From positions 1,764-65,763 of the forward strand of contig CANGWH010000003.1 of the NCBI GenBank assembly GCA_947457565.1: a stretch of 64,000 nucleotides of DNA. Reading direction: 5' to 3'. Within the stretch, counting starts at the first letter, position 1. Each line of letters begins with the position of its first letter. Origin of the DNA: Flavobacteriales bacterium. GTDB taxonomy: Bacteria > Bacteroidota > Bacteroidia > NS11-12g > UBA955. A program made the translations under genes and the position numbers. A model generated the notes under the pieces. The model ran no database searches and was not told where the DNA came from. It saw only the letters and a program-made list of their open reading frames with translations. This document shows positions 1 through 9,087 of the stretch, piece by piece.

Positions 1-480
1 GTAATCTTCAAAAATCACAACATCGATGTTATCTAATTCTTCATTGAATTTTTGTTCTAGCAAAAAGCTATCAACAACATCTAAATCGTCAGTAATTTCA
101 TGATCGATCCTTAACAATTGATGATTATTCCCCAGAACACGTGTTTTGGTGGTTGTTTTTCTTTTATCACTCTGCACTAACCCTGCTATACTAAGATTTT
201 GAGCACGCATTATGGCCATTAAATCATCGCCTTCTTTGTCTGTGCCAATTACTGAGCATAATATAGGGGTTGCTCCCATGGCTTTGATATTTAAAGCTAC
301 ATTTCCAGCTCCACCTAAACGATTTTCAAATCTATTTACGTCAACCACGGGCACTGGAGCTTCTGGAGAAACGCGCTCTACCTTGCCGATTATATAACTA
401 TCTACCATAACATCCCCAATAATCAGGATGCGTTTTGTATTAAACTCTTCAAAAATGGATTCAAGTTGTTTCGAATTCAT
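1..480 (-). CDS. rfaE1: D-glycero-beta-D-manno-heptose-7-phosphate kinase (RfaE1/HldA-type, PfkB family); N-terminal part only, runs off the window edge
   Basis: Not in ORF track; manual translation from ATG at 480: MNSKQLESIFEEFNTKRILIIGDVMVDSYIIGKVERVSPEAPVPVVDV...RLGGAGNVALNI...TTTKTRV...LLRIDHE...VVIFEDY, the diagnostic RfaE domain I motifs. Confidence 0.9.
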   Translation of the reverse strand, partial: MNSKQLESIFEEFNTKRILIIGDVMVDSYIIGKVERVSPEAPVPVVDVNRFENRLGGAGNVALNIKAMGATPILCSVIGTDKEGDDLMAIMRAQNLSIAGLVQSDKRKTTTKTRVLGNNHQLLRIDHEITDDLDVVDSFLLEQKFNEELDNIDVVIFEDY

Positions 481-500
481 AGTTCAAAAATACGTTAATA

Positions 501-1700
501 TCAATCGATGAGTTTTGAAATAGCCATAGAAATTCTATCGGCTGCAAGTTTTAAATTCTCTTCAGAAGTTGCGTAGGATAATCGAATGCAGTTTGGAATT
601 CCAAAGGCGGCACCAGAAACGGTAGACACATACCCTTGCATTAATAAATACATGCATAAATCTTCAGCATTAGAAATAATTTCACCATCTATGGTTCTTT
701 TTCCAAACAATCTTGATACATCCGGGAGCAGATAAAAAGCGCCTGCTGGTAAATTGCAGGAAATACCTGGTATTTTAGTTAACAACGAATGGAATAAATC
801 TCTTCTTTGTTTAAATGTGTTTGCCATCGCTTTAACGGAATCTTGTGGGCCGTTTAACGCCTCTATGCTGGCAATTTGAGCAACAGAATTTGCCCCCGAC
901 GTCATTAAACCTTGAATTTTTTCGCATGCTTTTACAATTTCTAAAGGACCCGCGACATACCCCATTCGCCAGCCTGTCATTGCATAACCTTTGGACATAC
1001 CATTAACTACTACGGTTCGATCAAATACCTCAGGAAATGAAGCTATTGAAACATGGGCACCGTTGTAATTTATCTTTTCATAGATTTCATCTGAGATAAT
1101 TGTTACATCCGGAAATTCCTTTAAAACATAAACCCAATCCAGTAATTCCGTATAATTCAAAACAGATCCGCTCGGATTACAAGGCGATGAAAATAATATT
1201 GCCTTGGTTTTATCTGTTATACACGATTTTAGTTGATCAGCGGTTACTTTGAAGTCTTGTTCGGGGCCTGATTCTATAATAACGGGTATTCCACCTGCGT
1301 ATTCTACAATAGATGGGTAACTAACCCAAAATGGTGCAGGAATTAAAACCTCGTCTCCTGGGTTAATTATAGACAATATAACATTCAGTATACTGTGTTT
1401 TGCACCATTACTTACCAGTATGCTCTCAGCTTTATAGGCTAATTTATTCTCCCTTTGCAATTTCTGTGCAATGGCCGTTCTTAACTCAGGAAATCCAGCT
1501 ACCGGAGGGTAGTGCGTAAATCCATCCTTCATTGCCTTTGTTGCGGCCTCACAAATGTTGATTGGAGTATCGAAATCGGGTTCCCCAATACTTAAATTGA
1601 TAACATCGACACCTTGGCTTTTTAATTCTCTTGACAATTTGGTCATTGCCAATGTCTGACTCTCCGTAATTTCTGCTATTCGATGGCTAATGGATACCAT
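501..1700 (-). CDS. aspC: Pyridoxal-phosphate-dependent aminotransferase class I/II (aspartate aminotransferase type)
   Basis: SIGEPDFDTP, SPCNPSG, ISDEIY, NGMSKGYAMTGWRMG (PLP Lys) motifs; ATG at 1700 preferred over TTG 1709 because a TAGGTTTG promoter element covers 1707-1714. Confidence 0.9.
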   Translation of the reverse strand: MVSISHRIAEITESQTLAMTKLSRELKSQGVDVINLSIGEPDFDTPINICEAATKAMKDGFTHYPPVAGFPELRTAIAQKLQRENKLAYKAESILVSNGAKHSILNVILSIINPGDEVLIPAPFWVSYPSIVEYAGGIPVIIESGPEQDFKVTADQLKSCITDKTKAILFSSPCNPSGSVLNYTELLDWVYVLKEFPDVTIISDEIYEKINYNGAHVSIASFPEVFDRTVVVNGMSKGYAMTGWRMGYVAGPLEIVKACEKIQGLMTSGANSVAQIASIEALNGPQDSVKAMANTFKQRRDLFHSLLTKIPGISCNLPAGAFYLLPDVSRLFGKRTIDGEIISNAEDLCMYLLMQGYVSTVSGAAFGIPNCIRLSYATSEENLKLAADRISMAISKLID

Positions 1701-1824
1701 ATAATACAAACCTAATGGGATTTTTTGCTATTTCCAATGAGTTTACAAAGCATTTATAAACGATATTACTATGCGGCCAAAGAATTAATCAAATTATCTA
1801 AAACTAATCCAATATTTTTGTTTT

Positions 1825-3063
1825 GTGAAGATCCTCTTCGTAGCGAATAGAATGCCATATCCACCGTTTCGTGGAGATAAATTGAAAATTTATAATCTAG
1901 CTAAAGAATTGTCGCTCAACAATGATTTATATTTAATTACCATTGCAGAAAACGAGGAAGATGTTAATTCTATAGATGAATTATTACAGCCAAATAACAC
2001 AGATACTGGGTTTGTAGGGCCTAGAGCAAATCCTTCACGAAGAGTATTGTTTAAATCATTAACATGGATTTATAAGCCGAAATGGCATTCTGCACTTACT
2101 GCATTTTTAGGTTTATTATCAAAACGACCTCTGCAAGTAGCGTATTTCAGATCTACCTCGTTTAAAAAAAGGTTAAACGAGGTACTTCAAAACAATGAAT
2201 TTGATGCGATTCATGTTCAGCATATTAGAATGGCCCAATATTTTGAGTCATCCGTACCAACCAATGCCATATTAGATTTACCAGACGCCTTTAGTCTTTA
2301 CTGGAAAAGAAGGGTAGAGGCCGCAAAAAATCCAGTGGAAAAGTGGTTTCGTAGTTTGGAGTATAAAAGACTAGTGGCTTATGAAAAACGAATTCTACCC
2401 AAATTCAATAAAGTATTGGTCTGTTCCGCGGAAGATCGAAAGTATTTAAATGAATTGGGAATTTTTAATGTTGATCTATTACCTAATGGAGTAAATATTA
2501 AAACTTTCGCGCCAAAGGGCACAGAATCAATTGTTTCCAACAGGATATTATTTACAGGTAATATGGATTATGCACCCAATGTGGATGCCGTTCAGTATTT
2601 TGTAGAAGATATATTCCCAATAATTTTAGAAAATGTCCCTTCTGCTGAATTTATCATTGCTGGACAAAGACCTGTAAAGGCGGTACTTGATTTAGCATCG
2701 AAATCAGTGAAAGTTACCGGTTTTGTTGAGAATTTAGCGGATGAATATGCAAAAGCTCATGTTGTAGTTTCTCCCTTGCGAATTGGTGCTGGGACACAAA
2801 ATAAAGTGTTAGAAGCGTTAGCCATGAACCTAGCAGTAGTTTGTTCAAACGTTGGTTTTAAAGGTTTGGGTATATCGCATAATGAGGGAATACTCATGGC
2901 AGACAATTCAACCACCTTTGCAAATTCCGTTGTGGCTATCCTACAGTCGGAAGAACTCAGAAAAAAACTAGGAGAAACCGGAGGCCAACATGTGAGAAAT
3001 ACATTTTCGTGGTCCGCAGTTTCAAATCAATTACTAGAGCATTTTAATTCCATTAAAAAATGA
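1825..3063 (+). CDS. Glycosyltransferase family 4 (GT-B)
   Basis: N-terminal PYPPFRGDKLK, LPNGV, FTGNMDYAPN, GAGTQNKVLEALAM motifs. Confidence 0.85.
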   Translation: MKILFVANRMPYPPFRGDKLKIYNLAKELSLNNDLYLITIAENEEDVNSIDELLQPNNTDTGFVGPRANPSRRVLFKSLTWIYKPKWHSALTAFLGLLSKRPLQVAYFRSTSFKKRLNEVLQNNEFDAIHVQHIRMAQYFESSVPTNAILDLPDAFSLYWKRRVEAAKNPVEKWFRSLEYKRLVAYEKRILPKFNKVLVCSAEDRKYLNELGIFNVDLLPNGVNIKTFAPKGTESIVSNRILFTGNMDYAPNVDAVQYFVEDIFPIILENVPSAEFIIAGQRPVKAVLDLASKSVKVTGFVENLADEYAKAHVVVSPLRIGAGTQNKVLEALAMNLAVVCSNVGFKGLGISHNEGILMADNSTTFANSVVAILQSEELRKKLGETGGQHVRNTFSWSAVSNQLLEHFNSIKK

Positions 3064-6000
3064 AAAAGAAATATATCAGTTTATTAGTAACAGGTTTGGT
3101 ATTAACGCCTGCATTTTCGCAAAAATCGGCAGCTAAAGTTAATCCAACAGTAAAATCATCTGGGGTTTCAGATTCCTTATTGAAGCCTATTTTAAATCAA
3201 GTTAACTTCCGAATGATTGGTCCAGCCACTACAAGCGGAAGAATCGTTGATATTGCAGTAAACCCACTTAATACATCGGAATACTACCTAGCGGCAGCGT
3301 ACGGTGGAGTTTGGAAAACTACCAATGCTGGTACTACGTATAAGCCGATATTTGATAGTTATGGAACTCAAAGTATTGGTTGCCTTGCAATTGATACAAA
3401 AAACCCAAATGTTGTTTGGGTTGGCACCGGGGAAAACAATAATCAACGCAGTGTGGGTTATGGCAACGGTATATATAGAAGTTTGGATGGTGGTAAATCC
3501 TTTCAAAATATGGGATTGAAATTATCTGAACATATCGGGATGATTAAAATTGATCCAACCAATTCTAATAGAGTGTGGGTGGCTGTTTATGGTCCAGTTT
3601 GGAAAGAAGGCGGCGAAAGAGGATTGTATTTAACAGAAGATGGTGGTAAAAGTTGGAACAGGATTTATCATGTATCCGATAAAACTGGATGCAATGAAGT
3701 TCATCTTGATCCAACGATGAATGGAACAATTTATGCGACTTTTCATCAGCGAATTCGACATGAATGGACTTATTTAGGGGGTGGGCCAGAATCAGCGTTG
3801 TATAAAAGTTCAGATAATGGAAAGTCTTGGAAAAAACTATCTGCGGGTCTTCCAGGAGGCGATGTTGGAAGAATAACAGTGGCAACTTCGGCATTAAAAG
3901 CAGGGCTCGTCTATGCAATGGTAGAAGCGGAAGAGGGTAAAGGTGGCATTTTTATTAGTTACGATTATGGTGAAAGTTGGACAAAGCAAAATGGCTTTTT
4001 TACGGCTGGTAATTATTACCAGGAAATTTTCACGGATCCTACAAATGCCAACCGCTTGTTTATTATGGATACTTATTTAAAAGTGTCGGATGATGGCGGA
4101 AAAACCTTAAGAAATGCTGGAGAAACCAATAAACATGTGGATAATCATGCTATATGGATTAACCCAAACAATGCTTCTCATTGGTTAGTAGGTTGCGATG
4201 GTGGTTTATATGAAACGTTTGATAATGCACAACAATGGAATTTTAAAGATAATATTTCCATTACCCAATTTTATCGCGCTTCAGTAGATAATGCTAAGCC
4301 GTTTTATAATATCTATGGTGGGACTCAAGATAACAATACATTGGGTGGACCATCACGAAATAATTCGGCAAACGGAATTAGCAATGACGATTGGTTTGTA
4401 ACGGTTGGTGGAGATGGCTTTAAATCGCAAGTAGACCCATCTAATCCCAATATTGTCTATAGTCAATGGCAATACGGTGGTTTGGTTCGATTTGATAAAG
4501 CAACAGGCGAAGCAGTTGATATCAAACCAACAGCAGGTGTTTACGAGGCGCCATTACGATGGAATTGGGATGCTCCATTGATAATTTCTCGTAGCAATCC
4601 AAAGGTATTGTATTTTGCTGCGAATAGAGTTTTTAAAAGTGAAGACAGAGGGGATTCTTGGACGCCCATAAGTGGTGATTTATCCAGAGGAATTGATCGT
4701 AATACCTTGCCAGTAATGGGGAAAGTGTGGGGTATTAATGCAGTAGTGAAAAATCAAAGTACCAGCATTTACGGTAATATTACTTCTCTAAGTGAAGGGA
4801 AGAATGGCGAGTTATATGCAGGCACGGATGACGGACTAGTATGGGTAAAACAAGCAAATAGCAATAATTGGATTAAGCTCAGTGTTGATCATGCGGGTGA
4901 AATGATATTTCCCGAGGCGCCCAAAGGTGAAAGCAATGGAGTAGGGCACCCTTTTGTTTCTATGGTTTACGCTTCTCCAAACTCAGGGAATGTATATGTA
5001 GTTTTAGATCATCATCGATATGGCGATTTTAAACCGTATGTGTACAAGAAGTCAGCAAATTCAACATGGGTGAAAATCACTAAAGGTTTGCCAGAAAATG
5101 GCCCGGTTAAGACTATAATTGAAGACTTTAAAGATCCGGAGATGGTTTTGGTGGGTACCGAATTTGGATTGCATATTAGTTTTAATGGCGGTCAACAATT
5201 TCATGCTTGGCAGGGTGGATTGCCGCCAATCGCGATAAAAGATATGGTTTTCCAAGAAACAGAGGATGATTTGGTGTTAGCTACATTTGGAAGAGGTTTT
5301 GCTGTTTGTGACGAATATCAGAAACTTAGAGAGTATAAATCGTATATAGCTGAAATCAATCCAGAAATCAAAAATCATGTGTTGCCAATTTCTCCTGTAA
5401 AATTATTCATTCCATCAACTCCATTAGGTGGATCTGGAAATGGGTATAAAGGAGCCTCTCGATTCTCCGCGCCAAATCCGAATGTAGGGGCAATGATTTA
5501 CTACATGTTCGATAAAGAATTTTCAACTATTGAAAGCCGAAGAAAGAAACGCGAAGAAGCCGCCACAAAATCTCCATTAACATTAATCTATCCAGCTAAA
5601 GATTCAATAGTGGCAGAATCCAACGAAATGGCATCGAAAGCGTTTATGGTTATTCGTAGTTCTGCAGAAATAACCGATAATAATACCGTAGCTAAATTCC
5701 CTATAACTATTAGCAAGGGTTTATCTAAAATTGAATGGAACTTACGTTATTCCGATCCATCGATTCCTGTTAATACAACGAAGAATTTCCAAACAGGTTG
5801 GGGGCCTTATGTGTCGGAAGGAACCTATTATGCTTCGTTAGAATGGATAGATTATTCAAATACAGGCGCAGGAAAGGTTTCCACCTCTGGGTACAATGAA
5901 ATAAAGGTTGAATATCTTTTACAACCAAGTATTCCATTTGTGGCTAAAGAAGAAAGACAAAAACAAATTCAACAAATATTCGAAACTAAACAAACGTTAA

Positions 6001-6389
6001 CCGTTTTAAACAATAGATTTTCTGAAGCACAACAAGGGATTTATGCAATGACTAATGCTGCCGAAATATCAAATTCGAACAGCAGAGATTTCGCCAAAGT
6101 ATCTTTTGATTTACAACAAGTGCTTAATCAAATAAAATTAAAATTGGATGGTAACGGTGCATTGGCTTCGGAAGAGTTTGAGACCACAGAGAGTCTGAAC
6201 GATTTGTTTAATTCAACGTACTATTCTTGTTTTGATGCGTTAAATGCTCCAACTAAGACACATTTACAGAAATTAACCATGGTAAATACAGAAATACAGA
6301 ATTTAAACAAGCAGTTGGATTCACTAGTTTTGCAATACAACACGATGGCGAAAGAATACCCCAGTGTTGGGTTACCGATATTAAAATAA
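3060..6389 (+). CDS. Secreted VPS10/BNR-repeat beta-propeller protein (glycosyl-hydrolase-like)
   Basis: Signal peptide; many S/TxDxGxS/TW Asp-box repeats; GGTQDN, GGDGF, ATFGRG motifs; C-terminal coiled-coil. Confidence 0.8.
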   Translation: MKKKYISLLVTGLVLTPAFSQKSAAKVNPTVKSSGVSDSLLKPILNQVNFRMIGPATTSGRIVDIAVNPLNTSEYYLAAAYGGVWKTTNAGTTYKPIFDSYGTQSIGCLAIDTKNPNVVWVGTGENNNQRSVGYGNGIYRSLDGGKSFQNMGLKLSEHIGMIKIDPTNSNRVWVAVYGPVWKEGGERGLYLTEDGGKSWNRIYHVSDKTGCNEVHLDPTMNGTIYATFHQRIRHEWTYLGGGPESALYKSSDNGKSWKKLSAGLPGGDVGRITVATSALKAGLVYAMVEAEEGKGGIFISYDYGESWTKQNGFFTAGNYYQEIFTDPTNANRLFIMDTYLKVSDDGGKTLRNAGETNKHVDNHAIWINPNNASHWLVGCDGGLYETFDNAQQWNFKDNISITQFYRASVDNAKPFYNIYGGTQDNNTLGGPSRNNSANGISNDDWFVTVGGDGFKSQVDPSNPNIVYSQWQYGGLVRFDKATGEAVDIKPTAGVYEAPLRWNWDAPLIISRSNPKVLYFAANRVFKSEDRGDSWTPISGDLSRGIDRNTLPVMGKVWGINAVVKNQSTSIYGNITSLSEGKNGELYAGTDDGLVWVKQANSNNWIKLSVDHAGEMIFPEAPKGESNGVGHPFVSMVYASPNSGNVYVVLDHHRYGDFKPYVYKKSANSTWVKITKGLPENGPVKTIIEDFKDPEMVLVGTEFGLHISFNGGQQFHAWQGGLPPIAIKDMVFQETEDDLVLATFGRGFAVCDEYQKLREYKSYIAEINPEIKNHVLPISPVKLFIPSTPLGGSGNGYKGASRFSAPNPNVGAMIYYMFDKEFSTIESRRKKREEAATKSPLTLIYPAKDSIVAESNEMASKAFMVIRSSAEITDNNTVAKFPITISKGLSKIEWNLRYSDPSIPVNTTKNFQTGWGPYVSEGTYYASLEWIDYSNTGAGKVSTSGYNEIKVEYLLQPSIPFVAKEERQKQIQQIFETKQTLTVLNNRFSEAQQGIYAMTNAAEISNSNSRDFAKVSFDLQQVLNQIKLKLDGNGALASEEFETTESLNDLFNSTYYSCFDALNAPTKTHLQKLTMVNTEIQNLNKQLDSLVLQYNTMAKEYPSVGLPILK

Positions 6390-6460
6390 GACTGTAGATA
6401 TCCAGCTTTATATTCTTATAAGTGTGTTTTCCTAATATAGATTGACACATCAAAATAACA

Positions 6461-6490
6461 AAAAAGGCCATCCGATTGGATGGCCTTTTT
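6461..6490. terminator. Bidirectional intrinsic terminator between convergent genes
   Basis: Perfect inverted repeat AAAAAGGCCATCC-GATT-GGATGGCCTTTTT with A/T tracts on both sides. Confidence 0.9.
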
Positions 6491-6509
6491 AATGTTGAAA
6501 TTAGTAATA

Positions 6510-8972
6510 TTATTTTTTTGCCTTGCAGCAAGCGTCGCCTTTGCTACAAGTCTTTTCATTATCCTCTTTGCAAGCAGGCTCATTAGAACAACCGTTTGCA
6601 GGCTCTTTATCCTTGCAGCAATTCGATGTACCAATGTATTTACCATTAACATCGTAATTGGCTAAACAAGCTGCCTTTTCTTCTGTAGAACAACCCATAG
6701 AATCACAATAATTAGCGCATTGTTCTTTAGTCATCGTTGCGCATTTGCCCATATCGCATTTATTGGCAGCTGAGCAGTTGCTGCCATTCATAGAACATTC
6801 AACGGCAGGTTTGCAATTTTGAGAGCTCTTGGCATTTCCAAAAGTTTTTCCTGCAATAAATGGAGCGATTACTAAAGACACAATCGACATCAATTTAATA
6901 AGGATGTTCATGGATGGTCCGGAAGTATCTTTAAATGGATCACCCACAGTATCGCCAGTTACAGAAGCTTTGTGTGGTTCAGATTTTTTATAGAACGTTT
7001 CGCCATTGATTACAACGCCTTTTTCAAATGACTTTTTAGCGTTATCCCATGCACCGCCAGCATTACTTTGGAAGATACCCATCAAAACGCCCGAAACAGT
7101 TACACCGGCAAGTAATCCACCCAAAACTTCAGGACCAAAAATAAATCCTACAATAACAGGGGTAATTAAAGCTATAGCACCGGGTAACAACATTTCACGA
7201 ATAGATGCTTTTGTAGAGATAGCAACACATTTTTCGTATTCTGGTTGCGCTTGATATTCCATGATACCAGGGATTTCACGGAACTGTCTACGAACTTCAT
7301 TTACCATATCCATGGCGGCTCTACCTACAGCGGCAATGGCTAAAGAAGAGAAAATGAAAGGAATCATACCCCCAACAAACAAACCAGCCAATACATCAGC
7401 TTTATAAATATCAATGGCAGTAATTCCAGAAATACCTACGAAAGCAGCAAATAAAGCTAATGATGTTAACGCCGCAGAGGCAATAGCAAATCCTTTACCT
7501 GTAGCGGCAGTTGTATTTCCTACAGCATCTAAATTGTCCGTTCTTCCACGAACCTCTTCGGGTAATTGACTCATTTCAGCGATACCACCAGCATTATCGG
7601 CAATAGGCCCAAAGGCATCGATAGCTAACTGCATAGCTGTGGTTGCCATCATACCTGCAGCAGCAATAGATACACCATACAATCCAGCAAAATAATAAGA
7701 TCCCATGATTCCACCAGCCAATACAAGAATTGGCAATACCGTTGATTCCATCCCTACACTTAAACCTCCAATGATGTTGGTTGCATGACCAGTTCCAGAT
7801 TGTTTAACGATTGATAAAACTGGACGTTTGCCCATTGCTGTGTAATACTCTGTAATGATACTCATTAATGTACCTACCATTAAACCAACAACAATTGCAG
7901 CAAAAACACCACCACGAGTGAAGTCGGCCCCACGCGCTGGGTTAAACCAACTAAGATTTTCAGGCAATAAATAATAAACCACGAAATAGGATGCAATACC
8001 GGTAAGCACAATAGAAGACCAGTTACCTAAGTTCAATGCATTTTGAACGCTATCTGTTTCGTTTTTAACTTTAACGAACCATGTACCCACAATGGAGAAA
8101 ATCAAGCCCAAGCCAGCAATCACCATAGGAAGTAGAATAGGGGATAAGCCATTGAAATTATCAACTGCTTTGATCTCTTGACCCAATACCATTGTGGCCA
8201 AAATTGTAGCTACATAGGAACCAAATAAATCAGCGCCCATACCGGCAACGTCACCTACGTTGTCGCCTACGTTGTCAGCAATAGTTGCAGGGTTTCTAAC
8301 ATCGTCTTCTGGGATACCTGCTTCAACTTTACCTACTAAGTCAGCACCAACATCGGCTGCTTTTGTATAAATTCCACCACCAACACGAGCAAATAAAGCA
8401 ATACTTTCAGCGCCCAAAGAAAAACCAGCTAAAACTTCAATTGCTGTTTTCATCTCGTCGCTATTAATTTCAGTTACATTAAATACTTGTAAAAAAACAA
8501 TAAATAACGAACCCAGTCCAATTACAGCAAGTCCAGCAACCCCTAATCCCATAACCGTACCACCATTGAAAGAAACCTTCAATGCTTGAGCTAAACTTGT
8601 ACGAGCCGCCTGAGTGGTTCTAACGTTTGCTTTGGTTGCAATGTTCATGCCGATATAACCTGCGAATGCCGATAATACCGCGCCGATAATAAAGGAAATT
8701 GCGATGATAGGACTCGAATGAATCGGGTGTTCGGCAGTGCCTTTAAATGTTCCAGACCAAGCCAATAAAATCGCGGCAATAACCACGAAATAACTTAGAA
8801 TTTTCCATTCGGCTCGTAAAAATGCCATTGCCCCGCGTGCAATGAATCCCGCCAATCGCTGCATGTTGTCATCACCTGCATCTTGTTTACTAACCCATGC
8901 GCTTTTGATGGCCATAACAATAAGACCAACTACACCAAGCAAGGGAATTAAATAAAGAATTGTATCTTTCAT
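6510..8972 (-). CDS. hppA: Membrane-integral cation-pumping pyrophosphatase (K+-dependent type) with Cys-rich C-terminal extension
   Basis: [58 protein letters not shown] motifs; ATG at 8972 lies downstream of a TATTTTTG promoter element. Confidence 0.95.
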   Translation of the reverse strand: MKDTILYLIPLLGVVGLIVMAIKSAWVSKQDAGDDNMQRLAGFIARGAMAFLRAEWKILSYFVVIAAILLAWSGTFKGTAEHPIHSSPIIAISFIIGAVLSAFAGYIGMNIATKANVRTTQAARTSLAQALKVSFNGGTVMGLGVAGLAVIGLGSLFIVFLQVFNVTEINSDEMKTAIEVLAGFSLGAESIALFARVGGGIYTKAADVGADLVGKVEAGIPEDDVRNPATIADNVGDNVGDVAGMGADLFGSYVATILATMVLGQEIKAVDNFNGLSPILLPMVIAGLGLIFSIVGTWFVKVKNETDSVQNALNLGNWSSIVLTGIASYFVVYYLLPENLSWFNPARGADFTRGGVFAAIVVGLMVGTLMSIITEYYTAMGKRPVLSIVKQSGTGHATNIIGGLSVGMESTVLPILVLAGGIMGSYYFAGLYGVSIAAAGMMATTAMQLAIDAFGPIADNAGGIAEMSQLPEEVRGRTDNLDAVGNTTAATGKGFAIASAALTSLALFAAFVGISGITAIDIYKADVLAGLFVGGMIPFIFSSLAIAAVGRAAMDMVNEVRRQFREIPGIMEYQAQPEYEKCVAISTKASIREMLLPGAIALITPVIVGFIFGPEVLGGLLAGVTVSGVLMGIFQSNAGGAWDNAKKSFEKGVVINGETFYKKSEPHKASVTGDTVGDPFKDTSGPSMNILIKLMSIVSLVIAPFIAGKTFGNAKSSQNCKPAVECSMNGSNCSAANKCDMGKCATMTKEQCANYCDSMGCSTEEKAACLANYDVNGKYIGTSNCCKDKEPANGCSNEPACKEDNEKTCSKGDACCKAKK

Positions 8973-9087
8973 AAATACTAATTGTTGCAAAAATAAGTCC
9001 GCGAAAATAACGATTATTAACAGATTTTCGCAATGAGTATTTGCGAATACGGTATAATTGTTTTTTAGTTCAATAAAGCCAGTTAAA

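Noticed and set aside
212-397. 61-aa plus-strand ORF from the track
   Set aside because: Antisense shadow of the rfaE1 kinase on the minus strand; the other short ORFs nested in or antisense to long conserved genes were rejected for the same reason
6253-6665. Short overlapping ORFs around the hppA 3' end
   Set aside because: They span a clear bidirectional terminator and overlap hppA; no recognisable motifs
9001-9050. Overlapping inverted repeats (GCGAAAAT/ATTTTCGC; TTCGCAA/TTGCGAA) upstream of hppA as a possible riboswitch
   Set aside because: They lie upstream of the predicted hppA -7 promoter element, so are not in its leader; no known aptamer pattern; could be an operator or a weak terminator but unsupported
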